A DNA stretch of 63,518 nucleotides, counting the filler, from Trichomonas gallinae (lineage: Eukaryota): the NCBI GenBank assembly GCA_008369845.1. It is 7 parts of 7 records of this genome, joined end to end, with 100 filler letters (N's around TTAATTAATTAA, not from the genome) between each part and the next. Parts side by side here need not be neighbours in the genome. Positions count along the whole stretch, not along the records: positions 21,431 to 35,217 come from MRSU01000540.1; 6 more parts are not named here. The stretch is one strand, 5' to 3'. Positions 21,431-34,110 of this stretch are shown here, piece after piece. Numbering within the stretch: position 1 is the stretch's first letter; every line of letters begins with the position of its first letter. A program made the position numbers and the translations under genes. The notes under the pieces were generated by a model, which saw only the letters and a program-made list of their open reading frames with translations, was not told where the DNA came from and made no database searches.

Positions 21431-22541
21431 CATGATGGCTACTATGTACGCTATTATAATATAACATTGTTCAAAAATGAATTATGATTTCAACATCGCG
21501 TCACTTTTCGGGAGCGAACCCCGAATCCAAAATCAGCGAATCCATCACTAAACGGCCAGTTCGCACATCTCTATCATAAAGCTTTCGCTATTTGTATATA
21601 TGCATATGTTATTATATTCTTAAATCGATATTGGAATTTCTCATGAATTTGACACGTGAAATCATCGTTACACGTCAAAAATATTATTTATTGTCAGATT
21701 TGATCGTTAATATGCCATGTAAATAAACTATACATGACTCAAGACGCGATGAGACGCCACAACAAAATTCTACTTCATAAATCTAAATCTATTCAGTGAT
21801 ATGAAAGTTTTAATTTGAGCAATAATCATTTCATTTTTAAGAAGAAAATATATGATGCATAGATGAAGAAAAGTAGCAAGTTATGAAAAATTCTTCCACC
21901 ATTCGCGCATGTATAATAAAATAATCATTTCCTGTAATATTCAAAATGTAAATTGAGAGACAGTCATGAATTGAGAAGTTTACTTTGATTGAATAATCAG
22001 AAAAAATCTTAAATTTGAATTGTTTACAAAAACACATTATTATTGATGCAGAATGATTTTTCGCCTTGGGAAACAGTTGATTTTGAATTGGTATGTGGAT
22101 CATCCATTCCTTTTGAGATACTCAATCTACTGGATTCCAAGGTCATTTGCAATAAAACACAAGTTTTAAGACAAATGTTTTTGATTTCCTACTAAGTGTG
22201 TTCCGCATAACAATGTGTGTCACCTTTAGAAAAATTGAATTTTATCATATAATAAAAGAAAATGAAAGAAATTCTATGATAATTTCCATATCAATTCATA
22301 TATTCGTATAATTCAAATTCCTAATGAAATTAATTAGATATATCATGTTTTATTCATAGAATTTCTATAGCAAATTGATGGTTTAATTAAATGCTTCTCA
22401 TGAAGGTCATCATGATGTTGTCAAATTATTTCCAAGAATAGATGTCACACAAAAATATATAGACTATACAGTTGTTTTTGATTATAAACTTCTTATATAA
22501 GATCTAATATATATAATTTATTTCAAATATGTTCATGATTA

Positions 22542-23045
22542 TTAAACAATTGCATATTCATTGGGGTTTAAGATTTTCCCGTATTTTGTAATTAGCTCTT
22601 CATTTTTGCACTCTCTCAATGACCATGCCTTTAATTTCCTGCTAGGAACAGAAGAAAAGAAATATTTCAACATTTCATTACTATCTCCTCTACAATGCGA
22701 TGTCTCAATTCGTAACACTTTCAAGCTCTTATTTATACTGCTTATATCTTTATTGAGGATTTTCGAGAGCTTCTTTACACAGAGTCCATAGTGTTTTTCA
22801 TCAATGAAAGCAATTCCAATTGCATAACAGCGTGATTTGTTTATCTGCCCACCAAACATGCAAAAGTTAAATATCTCGTCCATTATCCGTAAAAAGATTT
22901 CTGTTTTTCTATTTTTTGAGCTTATTTTTGCTAAATCTCGTAAAGACTTAATAAAATCCTTCAGACACTGCTGATTTATGTGATCATGAGCTGAGAATGT
23001 AATATCTGAGAAATCCTCGAAAGTTTTGATGGAATGTTCGAGCAT
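22542..23045 (-). CDS. Initiator-binding domain (IBD/IBP39-like) protein
   Basis: RCYAIGIAF...LSKILNKDISSINKSL...LKAWSLR resembles the trichomonad IBD winged-helix family. Confidence 0.72.
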   Translation of the reverse strand: MLEHSIKTFEDFSDITFSAHDHINQQCLKDFIKSLRDLAKISSKNRKTEIFLRIMDEIFNFCMFGGQINKSRCYAIGIAFIDEKHYGLCVKKLSKILNKDISSINKSLKVLRIETSHCRGDSNEMLKYFFSSVPSRKLKAWSLRECKNEELITKYGKILNPNEYAIV

Positions 23046-23584
23046 ATTTGTTATTTTTGATTTATAAATTTTTTATTATTTAACGCACGAAGATTATAAA
23101 TATTGTGTTTTGATATCATAATATAACTGAATAAATAAATCTCATTTCTTGATTGAGATTCAATAACAAAAATATTCATGAAAAAAAAAAATTCGTCGAA
23201 AACTAGAAAATATTGATTTTTATGATATAGTAAATAGATGATGCTTATTAGGATTACTTTTTAAAAATTGACACTTTTTAGAAGAGTCGTCTATAGTAAA
23301 GAATGATTTAGTATGATAGAAAAACTATAACTACTGATAAATATTAAATATCTAAAGCTCAAATTGGTCAAATATAAAATACTAAAATTTCAAAATTTTG
23401 ATCATCTTAAATTGATTCATTTGGAAGATAAAATCATTAAGATAACATATATGAGTACAAAATAGTATAACTTAATAATGTAAATCTAAATATTTAATTT
23501 TTCACAGAATAGATTAGTATTAACTGTTAATATAGTCCAATAAAAAATTAAATATTATAATAAAAATGAATGAAATTGGATTTT

Positions 23585-23930
23585 GAAATTTCGAAAAATA
23601 TAAAATTTTTTTTTTTTAACGATCATATAGCTAATATAAATAAATTCTATTATAGCTATCATATCAAAATAGGTTAAATTCGAATAATGAATTTTTCGAA
23701 AAAAATAGTTTTAGTTTCATATAATATTTAACAATCATATCACTAATTTAGATAAATTCTATTATAAATCTTACATTAAAAAAGCAAAATTCGATATATT
23801 AAATTTCGAAAAAAATATTTTTAGTTTCATATAAGATTTGACGATTAAATAACTAATTTAGATAAATTTGATTATAATTATTATACTAAAAATGGTTAAA
23901 TCGAAAAAATCAAATTTCGAAAAATCAAAA
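23585..23930. repeat. Degenerate AT-rich tandem repeat, ~110-bp period, ~3 copies
   Basis: aatttcgaaaaa...ttttagtttcatataa...actaatttagataaatt recurs at ~23692 and ~23801, with weaker copies at ~23587 and ~23912. Confidence 0.65.
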
Positions 23931-24018
23931 ATTTAAAATTTAGATGAACAATGTATTACAAATAGTGAAATACATCATATAAAGACACCAGATCCTAAAG
24001 AACAAGAAAAAGTGAAGA

Positions 24019-25617
24019 ATGGCGGTTACGCAAAAAATAGTTTTGCTTTTCTATTCAGTTTTAGCCTACAGAATTCCATACCACATGCCTGCCATCGGCG
24101 ATGCATTGTGGTTTAACCAAACCCTGGACCATTTCAACTCTACTTCCAATGAAACATTTCAACAAAGGTATTATGTCAATAACACATTTTCGAAAAATGT
24201 TTCAGGATTCTTACCAAGTTCACTTTTAGTATATATTGGCGGTGAAATGCCGTTAGAACAATCAAGTATTAATCATCTCGCGCCCATTAAACTTGCACAC
24301 GAATTAAATTGCACAATTCTCGGTTTAGAGCATAGATTCTTCGGTGAATCAACACCATGCGACTTAACAAATGAAAATCTTCGTCTTTTAACTATCGAAC
24401 AAGCTCTCGCTGACCTTGCCAATTTCATTATCAAAGTGGGTGACAAATATTGTAACATTTCTACTTGCAAGATTGGAGTTATCGGTGGCTCATATCCTGG
24501 TGCCCTTTCTTCATGGTTCCGTCTTCTTTATCCACATATTGCTGATGTTTCATGGGCTTCTTCAGCACCAGTTGAAGCCAAGAACGATTTTACTGAATAC
24601 GATCAGCACTGTGCAAATGTAATCAAAAATAAAACAAATGGTGCACAATGTCTCAAAAACACAAAACAAGCCTTCCAATATCTTCAGGAAGGTGGCAAAG
24701 ATGAATACGAACGTAAAGCAAAATTATTTATTGGAGATGAAAAACCACCAGAGGATCATGCAACACTATATTATATGGTCGCTGATTCCTTGGCAACAGC
24801 GGTTCAATATACGGCAGCTTCTAAATATTTGACCGATCTCTGCGAAGAAATGAAAAAAGAATCTGATAATGAAGGGTATCTCAAAGTTCTTGCAGACATT
24901 ACAAAAAAAATTAACAACCAAACTAAACAGAGTTTCTGGGATTCTGACCTCACGAAATTAAACGATACATCGAAAGATGCTCCAACAAAGGATATGCGCG
25001 CATGGAATTGGATAACTTGCAATCAAGTCGGCTGGTTCCAGACCGCATCCGGCGAATTGCGTTCTACTGACATCAACCTTGAATATTTCGATAGAGTTTG
25101 CCATAAACTTTACAACGTTTCAATTCCAAATACAGATCAGACAAATCTTAGATTAGGAGGCAAACGTGCTACTGGAACATCTACAATTTTCGTTAACGGC
25201 GATCAAGATCCATGGTCAACAATGTCAATTAGTGAATCAGATATTTCACTCAACAGAAGAGCCTTAATCGTCAAAAATGGTGCACATTGTGATGATTTGC
25301 GCCATATAAATAAAACAGATTCAGATAGCCTGAAGGTCGTGCGTAATTATACAATATATAATATGTCGAAAATGCTACAGATGTACAAATGCGTTACTAA
25401 ATCTGGATATGAAGTCCTCGGGTCATGTGTATGCAATGAAGGCTACGGTGGCGAGTTTTGCGATGAACCAGTTCCAACAAAGAATAGTTTCCAGGTTGTT
25501 ACAGTCGCGTCGGTCATTGTGCCTACGTTCTTGCTCTTAATCATAGGTGGTATAGTCTGGGTTTGCGGTAAGAAGGAGGATAGCGACTTCGGCGCACGTC
25601 CTGCCCTTTATACATAA
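24019..25617 (+). CDS. Serine carboxypeptidase family S28, with EGF-like module and C-terminal TM
   Basis: QTLDHF, LEHRFFGES, GGSYPG nucleophile, NGDQDPW, AHCDDL; CVCNEGYGGEFC; TM segment. Confidence 0.93.
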   Translation: MAVTQKIVLLFYSVLAYRIPYHMPAIGDALWFNQTLDHFNSTSNETFQQRYYVNNTFSKNVSGFLPSSLLVYIGGEMPLEQSSINHLAPIKLAHELNCTILGLEHRFFGESTPCDLTNENLRLLTIEQALADLANFIIKVGDKYCNISTCKIGVIGGSYPGALSSWFRLLYPHIADVSWASSAPVEAKNDFTEYDQHCANVIKNKTNGAQCLKNTKQAFQYLQEGGKDEYERKAKLFIGDEKPPEDHATLYYMVADSLATAVQYTAASKYLTDLCEEMKKESDNEGYLKVLADITKKINNQTKQSFWDSDLTKLNDTSKDAPTKDMRAWNWITCNQVGWFQTASGELRSTDINLEYFDRVCHKLYNVSIPNTDQTNLRLGGKRATGTSTIFVNGDQDPWSTMSISESDISLNRRALIVKNGAHCDDLRHINKTDSDSLKVVRNYTIYNMSKMLQMYKCVTKSGYEVLGSCVCNEGYGGEFCDEPVPTKNSFQVVTVASVIVPTFLLLIIGGIVWVCGKKEDSDFGARPALYT

Positions 25618-26151
25618 TTTAATTTTTTATTTTTCTATTCAATCGTGAAATTTTTATGATATTTCTAATAAATTCTAATATCTTAAATCATTCCACTCTT
25701 TAAAGCTCTAATTCATAATGATTTCAAAATTTGAAAAAAAAAAATTATTAATCAAAACTATACAAAATTTCATAATATTAAATATAATGGTCATGATAAT
25801 GTAATTGAAGTTATTCAAACTCAATTCCTTCTATGATTTATTGAAACTCAAAAATCAATAGTATATGAAACATTCTTCAATGTAATAAATCCGATAAAAC
25901 ATTTTGTCAATTGATTAGTTCAAGTAAAATCAACAAATTGCACAATGAAAATTTTATAATATTCAAATATGATTCGTTGTGATTAAATTATGTATTGTAA
26001 TTTCGCCATATAATGGCAAATTTTATAAATATTGAACCTATAAATAAAAAATAATATTTGGTATTTTGATAAATTGAGTTAAGTGATAGTCTTATAGTTA
26101 AAAACATTATAAAAGTACAAAACATTTTTACAAAATCTATAAAAGAAAAGA

Positions 26152-27282
26152 TTACTTAACTACTTTCTTTTTTGCTTTGAAATCTTTGATTAATTTCTGT
26201 GTTAGCTTCATATATTGGTCGGGCTCTGTTCCCCAGTTGTCTAATGTAAGTCTATGACCTTCACAGTCAACAGCATTCTCGATCTGTGTTCCATCAACCC
26301 AATTATTGAAAGATTCAATGATAATAATACGAGCATTTGAATCCGTTGCCATTTGGAAGATTTTCTTATAATATTCTCCGTTATTTCTCGATTCAGTAAT
26401 AGCAGATCTCATATAATCAAAATAATTATTTGAAAACAAAGGCAAAATAGTAGGCATAAACAAAAGGCCGCGTTCTACAGCATCTTTGTGCATCCTATCC
26501 CAATCAATTGATGTGTTTGTCCAAGTATATTTGAAATTCGGTGTTGCCGTTGTATAACCATTAAATCCATTTTCCAAAAGCATCCCAATCTGTGAAGACA
26601 TAGTAATTGAACTGACAAAGAACATTTCTTGGTTCCTATCACGAAGCAAAGACTGAATATCAGGAATTTCATTTGCATCTTCGAAGAAAATGACAGGTCT
26701 GCCATCGAATTTAAGGTAAATCGGATGGTATGCGTATTTATTCTTGATGTATTCGATATCATTAGTCAATGTTTGCATGTTTCTGTGTGAATAAGATAAA
26801 ATTTGTATTGAAACGGAAATTCCGATTTTATTGGCTTGCTTAAGTATTATTTGGATAGAATCATCGATGAATCCGCCATCAACACTGCGCGGAACCCAAG
26901 GAACAATAATTCCATCAATTCCGTGCCTGGCGATCATTCTCATATGTGTTTTGACTACTACTTTATCGTGTGAAGAGTATAGACCAAGCTGGGGCATCAA
27001 GTTGCTGAGAGTTGAGAAAGGTGGATATTTTGTATTTTGTAGAGCGAATCTATTTGACTCATTCCAGTCTCCCCACCTTTTGTCTGTAATAAGATTGGCA
27101 AATCCGGCCCTATAAGTGACCCAAACTTGTTTTTCGAAATGGCTCATCGGAGGCTCCAAAACGAATTGGTCTCTCGCCATGAAAATCTTGTAGAGAAGCA
27201 GGAGCTCGGTTATGACAACAGGAACAACTAAACCATAACTGTATTTCGATCGCAGAAATTTTCCAAAATTAGATCGAAACAT
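26152..27282 (-). CDS. GH99 endo-alpha-mannosidase-like type II membrane protein
   Basis: PQLGLYSSHD, HMRMI...GIDG, SRNNGEYY and IESFNNWVDGTQIE motifs; N-terminal TM. Confidence 0.85.
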   Translation of the reverse strand: MFRSNFGKFLRSKYSYGLVVPVVITELLLLYKIFMARDQFVLEPPMSHFEKQVWVTYRAGFANLITDKRWGDWNESNRFALQNTKYPPFSTLSNLMPQLGLYSSHDKVVVKTHMRMIARHGIDGIIVPWVPRSVDGGFIDDSIQIILKQANKIGISVSIQILSYSHRNMQTLTNDIEYIKNKYAYHPIYLKFDGRPVIFFEDANEIPDIQSLLRDRNQEMFFVSSITMSSQIGMLLENGFNGYTTATPNFKYTWTNTSIDWDRMHKDAVERGLLFMPTILPLFSNNYFDYMRSAITESRNNGEYYKKIFQMATDSNARIIIIESFNNWVDGTQIENAVDCEGHRLTLDNWGTEPDQYMKLTQKLIKDFKAKKKVVK

Positions 27283-27598
27283 TTTTATTATAAAATGATT
27301 CGTTTCTTTTGAAAATAAACTTATATCTTATTAAAATTCATGGAAAACATTTAAATTGTCCAATTTTATGAAAATAATCAAATTTCATATTTTAAAAAGT
27401 TGCTTTTCGCACAAAATCAATTTTAAAAATAAATTATATTCCTCATAAATATGGTAAATACATAATAGAAATGATCCAATCTCTAAAAAAATTGTTCTCG
27501 AATTAAATTTTAACCGAAATGAACTAAATTAAGATATGATTTTCTTATATGCATGATAAATATATATTGGGAGTGAAACAAACAATAAAACACTAAAT

Positions 27599-29425
27599 TT
27601 AATCGAAGTTTCCTGTTGCAGAATCAGTGAACAGGCTTTCAAAAGTGAAAACGTAGCTAGGTTTTGGCTTCTCTTTTCTCAGTTCGTCGTAAGGAACTAA
27701 AGGTCCTAAATCCTCCAAAGTCATTTTCGCTGGAAGATTTAATGGGTTGCATCTCTGAGCAATTCCTCTAAGAAGCGGAGAAGGATTGATTCTCTTACGC
27801 TCAATTCCTGAAATTAAGGCTTTTGCAGTAGTAATGAATTGCAAAATCTCAGTGAAAGCAGTTGTGAAGTTGCTTGACAAACAATCGAATGCCTTTTGGA
27901 TCTCTTTGATATGATTGATCAACAAATCAAGCTTAGCATCTGTGTATTCATCAGCAGCGTCAATAACTAAGTTAAATATCATAACATCGAACTGGTGACA
28001 GCAGTCAATGACAACACCCTGGACAATAACCTCAGGAATGTTGAAAGATTTGGAAAGTTGTGAGAAAATTCTGATTTGTTGAGTAACATTTGAAAGTGAC
28101 TCAAAATCTAAGGCATCAAAGCCATCTCCCATAACTGCCAATACGAGTGTTGACATGAGAGTTGTTGTAAGGAAAGAAATAATTTGATTTATGATTTGCG
28201 CGATATGATCAAGTACAACTTGGTGACTTTGAGTGTAATCTGCGCATATATCTGAAAGAAGAAGACCATAGTTGATAGCTGTTGCGAAAATACCGAAAAT
28301 TGAAGGAATCGAATGATTTTTTGATAAAGCGAAGTTAATTGAGTCATAAAATGGCTTGTGAATGTATTCGAATATTTCGGGTGAAATAAATGGACTTTCC
28401 ATTATATGGAATTCTTGAATTGTTTTGATTAATTCTTTCGAATAATCATTTTGACGATTTGAAGGAGTAACAAGCCAGTTAAAGCACTGGGCGGAGAAAA
28501 CTATCAAGCATTGATCGTATTGTATCTTTCCAAGAAGCTCTTTTTGCGAATTAATCAATGAAATTTGCTTAGCATCAGCTGTATCGAGGAAAGCGATTGA
28601 TGGAGCTGGTTTTTCAGATACAGGAACCTCTTTTGCTTCATTTTCAGCAGCTGCTTTTTGTTCTTTTTGCTTTTTATGAAATTCTTTGATTTTATTGGGT
28701 TTCGTAGGTTCAACTGGCTTCTTTCCGTGATTTTTAGTTGTTTTGACCTTCTTCATGGCCGCTTCTTTAGTATAAGCAGTTAATGTGACTGTTTCGACAG
28801 GTCCTACTACTTTTGCGACGTCGATTGTATTGTCGAATACCATTGTTTGCGTAGTTGTTTCTGTTTGTGCAGCTGTTTCGTCTGTTTCTGGAACAGTTGA
28901 AGTTAATGATTCTATTTCCTCAACTATTGGCTGCACAGTACGAATCGTGACGAAACTAAAATAAGATTGGGGTTTTCCATTAGGGAATTCGTCGACAGGA
29001 ATGACACAAAGGCGAAATTGCAAAGTTGCTTTGCCGAATTTCGTTGTGTCGAAAGTTGAAGTTTGACGAGACGTATTTCTAGGGTCAGCGAGATGAGCCA
29101 AGTCGATACGTGACTTTGAGATAGAATTTGAGCCTTTATTCTTGTCTAATGTTAATACTTCGAGATCTAAAATTTTCTTTTCGAGACCTTTACCTTCTTT
29201 CTGATATAAAGTAACGGAAATAATAAATTCACAGTCGAATTGTGCGTTAAAATTGGCATCTAGCATTGCGTAATTTGTTTCTGATTTAAATGCGACTCTC
29301 TCGAAGACGCCGCTCTTTCTAACGCGTGTAACTCTGACGAACACTGGGTACTGGATGTCTTTCGTGAATTTAATACTCTCTATGTGGAGGATGCAGTAAC
29401 ACTTTAGAGAGCTGACTTTTCCCAT
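27599..29425 (-). CDS. NT-C2 domain protein with C-terminal Dilute-like helical region
   Basis: N-terminal beta-rich segment (VTLYQ...KKILDL...SRIDLAHL) like NT-C2; FDVMIFNLVI resembles DIL. Confidence 0.55.
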   Translation of the reverse strand: MGKVSSLKCYCILHIESIKFTKDIQYPVFVRVTRVRKSGVFERVAFKSETNYAMLDANFNAQFDCEFIISVTLYQKEGKGLEKKILDLEVLTLDKNKGSNSISKSRIDLAHLADPRNTSRQTSTFDTTKFGKATLQFRLCVIPVDEFPNGKPQSYFSFVTIRTVQPIVEEIESLTSTVPETDETAAQTETTTQTMVFDNTIDVAKVVGPVETVTLTAYTKEAAMKKVKTTKNHGKKPVEPTKPNKIKEFHKKQKEQKAAAENEAKEVPVSEKPAPSIAFLDTADAKQISLINSQKELLGKIQYDQCLIVFSAQCFNWLVTPSNRQNDYSKELIKTIQEFHIMESPFISPEIFEYIHKPFYDSINFALSKNHSIPSIFGIFATAINYGLLLSDICADYTQSHQVVLDHIAQIINQIISFLTTTLMSTLVLAVMGDGFDALDFESLSNVTQQIRIFSQLSKSFNIPEVIVQGVVIDCCHQFDVMIFNLVIDAADEYTDAKLDLLINHIKEIQKAFDCLSSNFTTAFTEILQFITTAKALISGIERKRINPSPLLRGIAQRCNPLNLPAKMTLEDLGPLVPYDELRKEKPKPSYVFTFESLFTDSATGNFD

Positions 29426-30008
29426 TTATGAATTTATTTTAGTGAATTTCGAATTTAACGAAGAATATGGATCTATTATCTAAAATATATTTAAATTTAT
29501 TATTTTATTTTTCGTTATTATCATTTTTTTATATATTTTTATCAAAATTATTCAAAATTTTCATATAATTTCTTTCTTAATTTTATATTTATGATTTTTC
29601 GAAAATTTCAAATTTATTTCTTCATGATTAGTGCAGCAGGGATTCGTGGTTAGAATTCGTAAATAACAAATTATATTTTTTGATGAAAAATAATTCGCTG
29701 AAAAATTGCCAATTTCACCAAGATTCAGTTTTTATACGTGATGATATGATTGTTGACATATTTTAATCATATAATCAAGTGTCTTTAATTTTATCAAATA
29801 TATGATGTATTTGGACTCATCATATATTATCCTTTTTGTACATAGATTTTAATATAATGAATAATTTTGGTTTTTGAACAAATATATCTCGATGCAAATT
29901 TTATACCGCGAAACAAGCCTGATAATTGCAAAAATTTGAATATGCTGATTAAGTATATTATAATAATAACATCCGTTTATTAATATAACTAAGTTATATC
30001 TGATTTTT

Positions 30009-30587
30009 CTAATAACAGCATGATTTCTTGCTTTCTACAACAACAAGTTCGCGTCTTTGGTTTGATGGAGTGTCCATAGATGAATTCGAATATCCTTCTT
30101 TCGCAGCATGATAAAATAATTCTTGTACTCCATCTCCTGTTTTTGCTGAAACAAGGAATACATTTTCGTATTCAGTGCGAATAGGATCCAACATAGAATC
30201 CACGTCATCAATTTTAACGTCCATTTTGTTGATTGCAATAATAAAATTAGGGCATTTGTTAGTTTCTGTAAGCATATTTATCCATTTGGATATGTTCTGA
30301 ACTGACAAGTGGTCCGTTATTGAAGCAACAACAATGACGACATCCGAATCTCTTGTGTAAAGTGGCGCTAATGACTGATACTTCTCCTGGCCAGCTGTAT
30401 CCCAGAGGCACATTTCGATATCTACGTCATCAACTGTCTCGTGCGCGATTAGATGCGAAGTTCCAATAGTTGGCATAACGGCATAATCAAAGTTTCCATA
30501 GATTTCCTTGTTCGCTAAGGAGGTCTTGCCAACGCCAGAGTCTCCAATCATGGAAACTTTAATGCGCTGCCCTGTGTTTTCCGCCAT
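30009..30587 (-). CDS. Rab-family small GTPase
   Basis: GDSGVGKTS, PTIG, WDTAGQE, NKMD, SAKTG; C-terminal CCY. Confidence 0.95.
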   Translation of the reverse strand: MAENTGQRIKVSMIGDSGVGKTSLANKEIYGNFDYAVMPTIGTSHLIAHETVDDVDIEMCLWDTAGQEKYQSLAPLYTRDSDVVIVVASITDHLSVQNISKWINMLTETNKCPNFIIAINKMDVKIDDVDSMLDPIRTEYENVFLVSAKTGDGVQELFYHAAKEGYSNSSMDTPSNQRRELVVVESKKSCCY

Positions 30588-31801
30588 AAATCGGATCTAA
30601 TGAAATCTAATTTTACATGTCAAATTGCCATTTTTATATCAAACTTGTCAGTTTTATTATATGATAAAACAATTATGCTAATGATACAGAGAAGTTGTAA
30701 CTAGTGCAAATTTGCTAATCTTATTCTTGATCAAATTGACAAATTTACAATGCAAAAACATGTTTACATGTCATAAATACTATGACATCATAAATAAATC
30801 TCCATCAATTTGCTGCCTTTTTGGCATACTATGCACTAATTACTATTAAATTTTCCTATAGGATTATAATCTACTTTGATCAAAAATCCCAAGTTACTTC
30901 TTATTCCACTGCATGATAATCTTAGGACCAAAAAAGTACTCCAGTCTTTATCAATTCATTGGAAATTTTGCTTCTTATTGGAGAAATCGATGGAGAACAA
31001 ACGTACAATAAGGAATGCATGCTAACGAATGCAATATTTTGGTGAGTTACTCAATTTACAACGGTTTTTCAAATTTCATTCTTATCCTTATAATAAGAAT
31101 TTGATTAATGCAACTATTGATTGCCATTGCTATGAACATTTCATAGTAATGTTTTAATTAATGACTAACTTTTTGTAAGTCAATTTGATTGGCCATGATT
31201 TCAAACAAGATAAAACTCGATTGATCGGCCATGACGCGAAATGAAATAAGATTTTGTCGAATTTGATAAACTTTTGAATAATTTAAAATCCTGATTATAA
31301 ATATAAAGGAAATATGAAATAAGATTTGAAGTTGTTGAAAATTTAACAGTTATTCAAAATATTGAATAGTTTCTCAATTGATTTAATTGAAAAAAATTGA
31401 ATGAAACAATTAACATTTAATACGATTCATTATCATATTTACTAACATAAAAAAATGATGAAATTTCAAATCATATTAATTACAATAAAAACTTTATATT
31501 ATTATTAATAATATAAATATCACAAACAATAGATGCATTATGTTTTTAATACAAATTATTTTAACATGAGTTTTCTATTCGTATTTTGACTCATGTCATA
31601 GATATTTGTTAATATAGATAGATCTGATGCCAATTTTCATCTAAAATTACCAAAATAGTTTTAATTCAAAAGAATAAATTTCATCAGAAAAAAATTCAAT
31701 TTCACTTTTTTTACGATTTTAAACATATGATATTAATAGAAAATCATGATCATTTATACAAAAATTTTCAATTAAATATTATTTAAAAGCCTTTTTCAAA
31801 A

Positions 31802-33325
31802 ATGTTTTGCTTGTTTGGTGTGATTTCAGTCAGTAAGGAATATACAGGTGATCAGAAGTCAAGTATTATATATGCAATGGACGGCGACATCACATTCAAG
31901 TCCTGCAGATTTATTGGTCTTGGATCGGAAAATTCAGATTCATGCGTTTTCCTTAAGCAAGGAGCAGGAAATACAAATTTATTACTATCAAATTCTGTAT
32001 TCTCAGGCTGCAAAGCCAATATAGGTGGTGCTTTCAGTTTAGATGGAAATTTTAATTCCAGAATCGAGTTTCTTTGCACTTACAACTGTAATTCATCTGA
32101 TAAAGCAGGTTTATGGTGGATAAAGCTCGCCAAAACACCATCAATCTCATACGTTTCATCTTTATTATCAAATTGTTTAGTTTCTACTGCATATTTCCAA
32201 AATAATGGCCCACAAATAAATAATTGGAATGCTTCTAATCTCAAATCAACCTACAGAACGATTTCATATTGGAGCTACGGAAATGCTTATTTTAATTGCA
32301 ATTCAGAAACGAAAGTTACATACACAAACTTCGTCAACTGCTTCAGTCCATGCGCAACAATCTATAACTGGAAGTCAACAGCTCCATTATACTTTGAAAA
32401 AATCAATTTTCACAAAAACGAAGTTAAAGATTACGCTTTGTTTTACTGTGAAGACTGTGGATCTGCAGCACTCACAAGTATATCAGATGCTGTTTTCGTT
32501 AATAACATTTTGAACAGTCAAGCTTATTTCGATGGTGATAATTCACTGATAATACTAGAAAAAGACGTATATGTTGATAATTCATATTTCAAAGGCACTG
32601 TTGAGAGGAAGTTAACATATTTATCTAAGGATTATCCAGTTCCTGCTTATGTTTTTTATTCTACTGAGCTTTGTTTTGCTGAAATTCCATATCAAGAAAT
32701 TATTCCAACGCCAGATCCTCTAAAACCAACAGAAGACAATCATACACATGAAACACAAACAAATATTGAACCTACAGACTCAGATATTAATGAAGATCCT
32801 CAAATTTCCGAAATTCATGAAAATACTCAAAATGAAGATAATTCAGATGAATCAGAAATCACTTATAGCATAAATAGTAATATAAAAGAAGAAAATTCAC
32901 AAATTACAGAAGAATCAAATTCTGAAATTGAAAATTTTTCGGAAACAGAGCAAAATATCATCATTGTAAACTCAGATACAAGCACTAAAATTGAACATGC
33001 AGAAGATGCGACTACAAAACCGAAATCTGATTATGAATATAAGAAAAACTATTGGATTTACGTAATTATAGGAGGAGCTGGCTTGCTTGTCGTTATTGCA
33101 GTAATTGTTGTCTATAAATTATTGAAGCCAAAAGAAGAATCAAAATCAATTGATGATGCACAAGAATTCCCTGAGGAAACAGTGATCGCTAACATGAATG
33201 ACATTGCTGCAGCAATAGAATACACGAATCCACTGTTTACGACCTCTGTAATGGAAGAAGACCCATTTTGTAATGATTTCGATGAACAAGAAAATCCTTT
33301 TGATATTTTCGCTCGTGCTCTGTGA
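31802..33325 (+). CDS. Single-pass surface protein (beta-helix-like ectodomain, acidic stalk, TM, NPLF-containing tail)
   Basis: GGAF and FxxN repeats, TM YWIYVIIGGAGLLVVIAVIVVY, cytosolic NPLF/DPF/NPF motifs. Confidence 0.8.
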   Translation: MFCLFGVISVSKEYTGDQKSSIIYAMDGDITFKSCRFIGLGSENSDSCVFLKQGAGNTNLLLSNSVFSGCKANIGGAFSLDGNFNSRIEFLCTYNCNSSDKAGLWWIKLAKTPSISYVSSLLSNCLVSTAYFQNNGPQINNWNASNLKSTYRTISYWSYGNAYFNCNSETKVTYTNFVNCFSPCATIYNWKSTAPLYFEKINFHKNEVKDYALFYCEDCGSAALTSISDAVFVNNILNSQAYFDGDNSLIILEKDVYVDNSYFKGTVERKLTYLSKDYPVPAYVFYSTELCFAEIPYQEIIPTPDPLKPTEDNHTHETQTNIEPTDSDINEDPQISEIHENTQNEDNSDESEITYSINSNIKEENSQITEESNSEIENFSETEQNIIIVNSDTSTKIEHAEDATTKPKSDYEYKKNYWIYVIIGGAGLLVVIAVIVVYKLLKPKEESKSIDDAQEFPEETVIANMNDIAAAIEYTNPLFTTSVMEEDPFCNDFDEQENPFDIFARAL

Positions 33326-34110
33326 TTAAACACTTTCAACTCAATACTATTGCATACACAGTTTATTTTCTTCAAAATCTCGGATAAGTCAATTTTTTTG
33401 CTCAATTTTCATTTCATTTTGCATTAATCGAACTTATTTCTTTTAATATTATGATCTAATGGCTATAAATAGCAATATTCATATCATAGATTTCCATAAA
33501 ACACAATTAAGATTGCGATTTAGCAAATGAACGCATTTCGAAACGGAACAATACATGTATTTCTGTCGATATCTCATTTAATACATGAATAACACAATAT
33601 TTACTAATGTTCTTATTTTATTTGTTAACAAATTAAATTTCATAGATCATCGTCTGATCCAATAAATCCACATTTGAAATACACACACATAGGTAATAGA
33701 AATTCACTATACCAAATTAAAAAACATCCATTCAATATGATCTCTCAAAAAATCGGGCAACATTATTTGTTTTCGCGTAATTCGACCAGCTTTGGATATA
33801 CACCGGCGAAAAATGCAAATATTTATGCTAAATTTACATTCTGAAGTGGAAATTTATTTGATATCATAAAAAATGATGCCGACTCGGATAATTGAATGGT
33901 AATATAAAATATATGTGCTATACATATCAATTATATGTTTGCATTATTCCAAAAACACTTTTAGAAAATTTATTTTTTGTGTTCGATGTGTTTATAGATA
34001 ATATATCATTCATTTGATGTGTAAAAGAACAAATAATGCAAAATGATGCGATACCGAGTAATAAATTAATTACCATTCAAAAATATTTTCTGAATTATTT
34101 TTATAAAACT

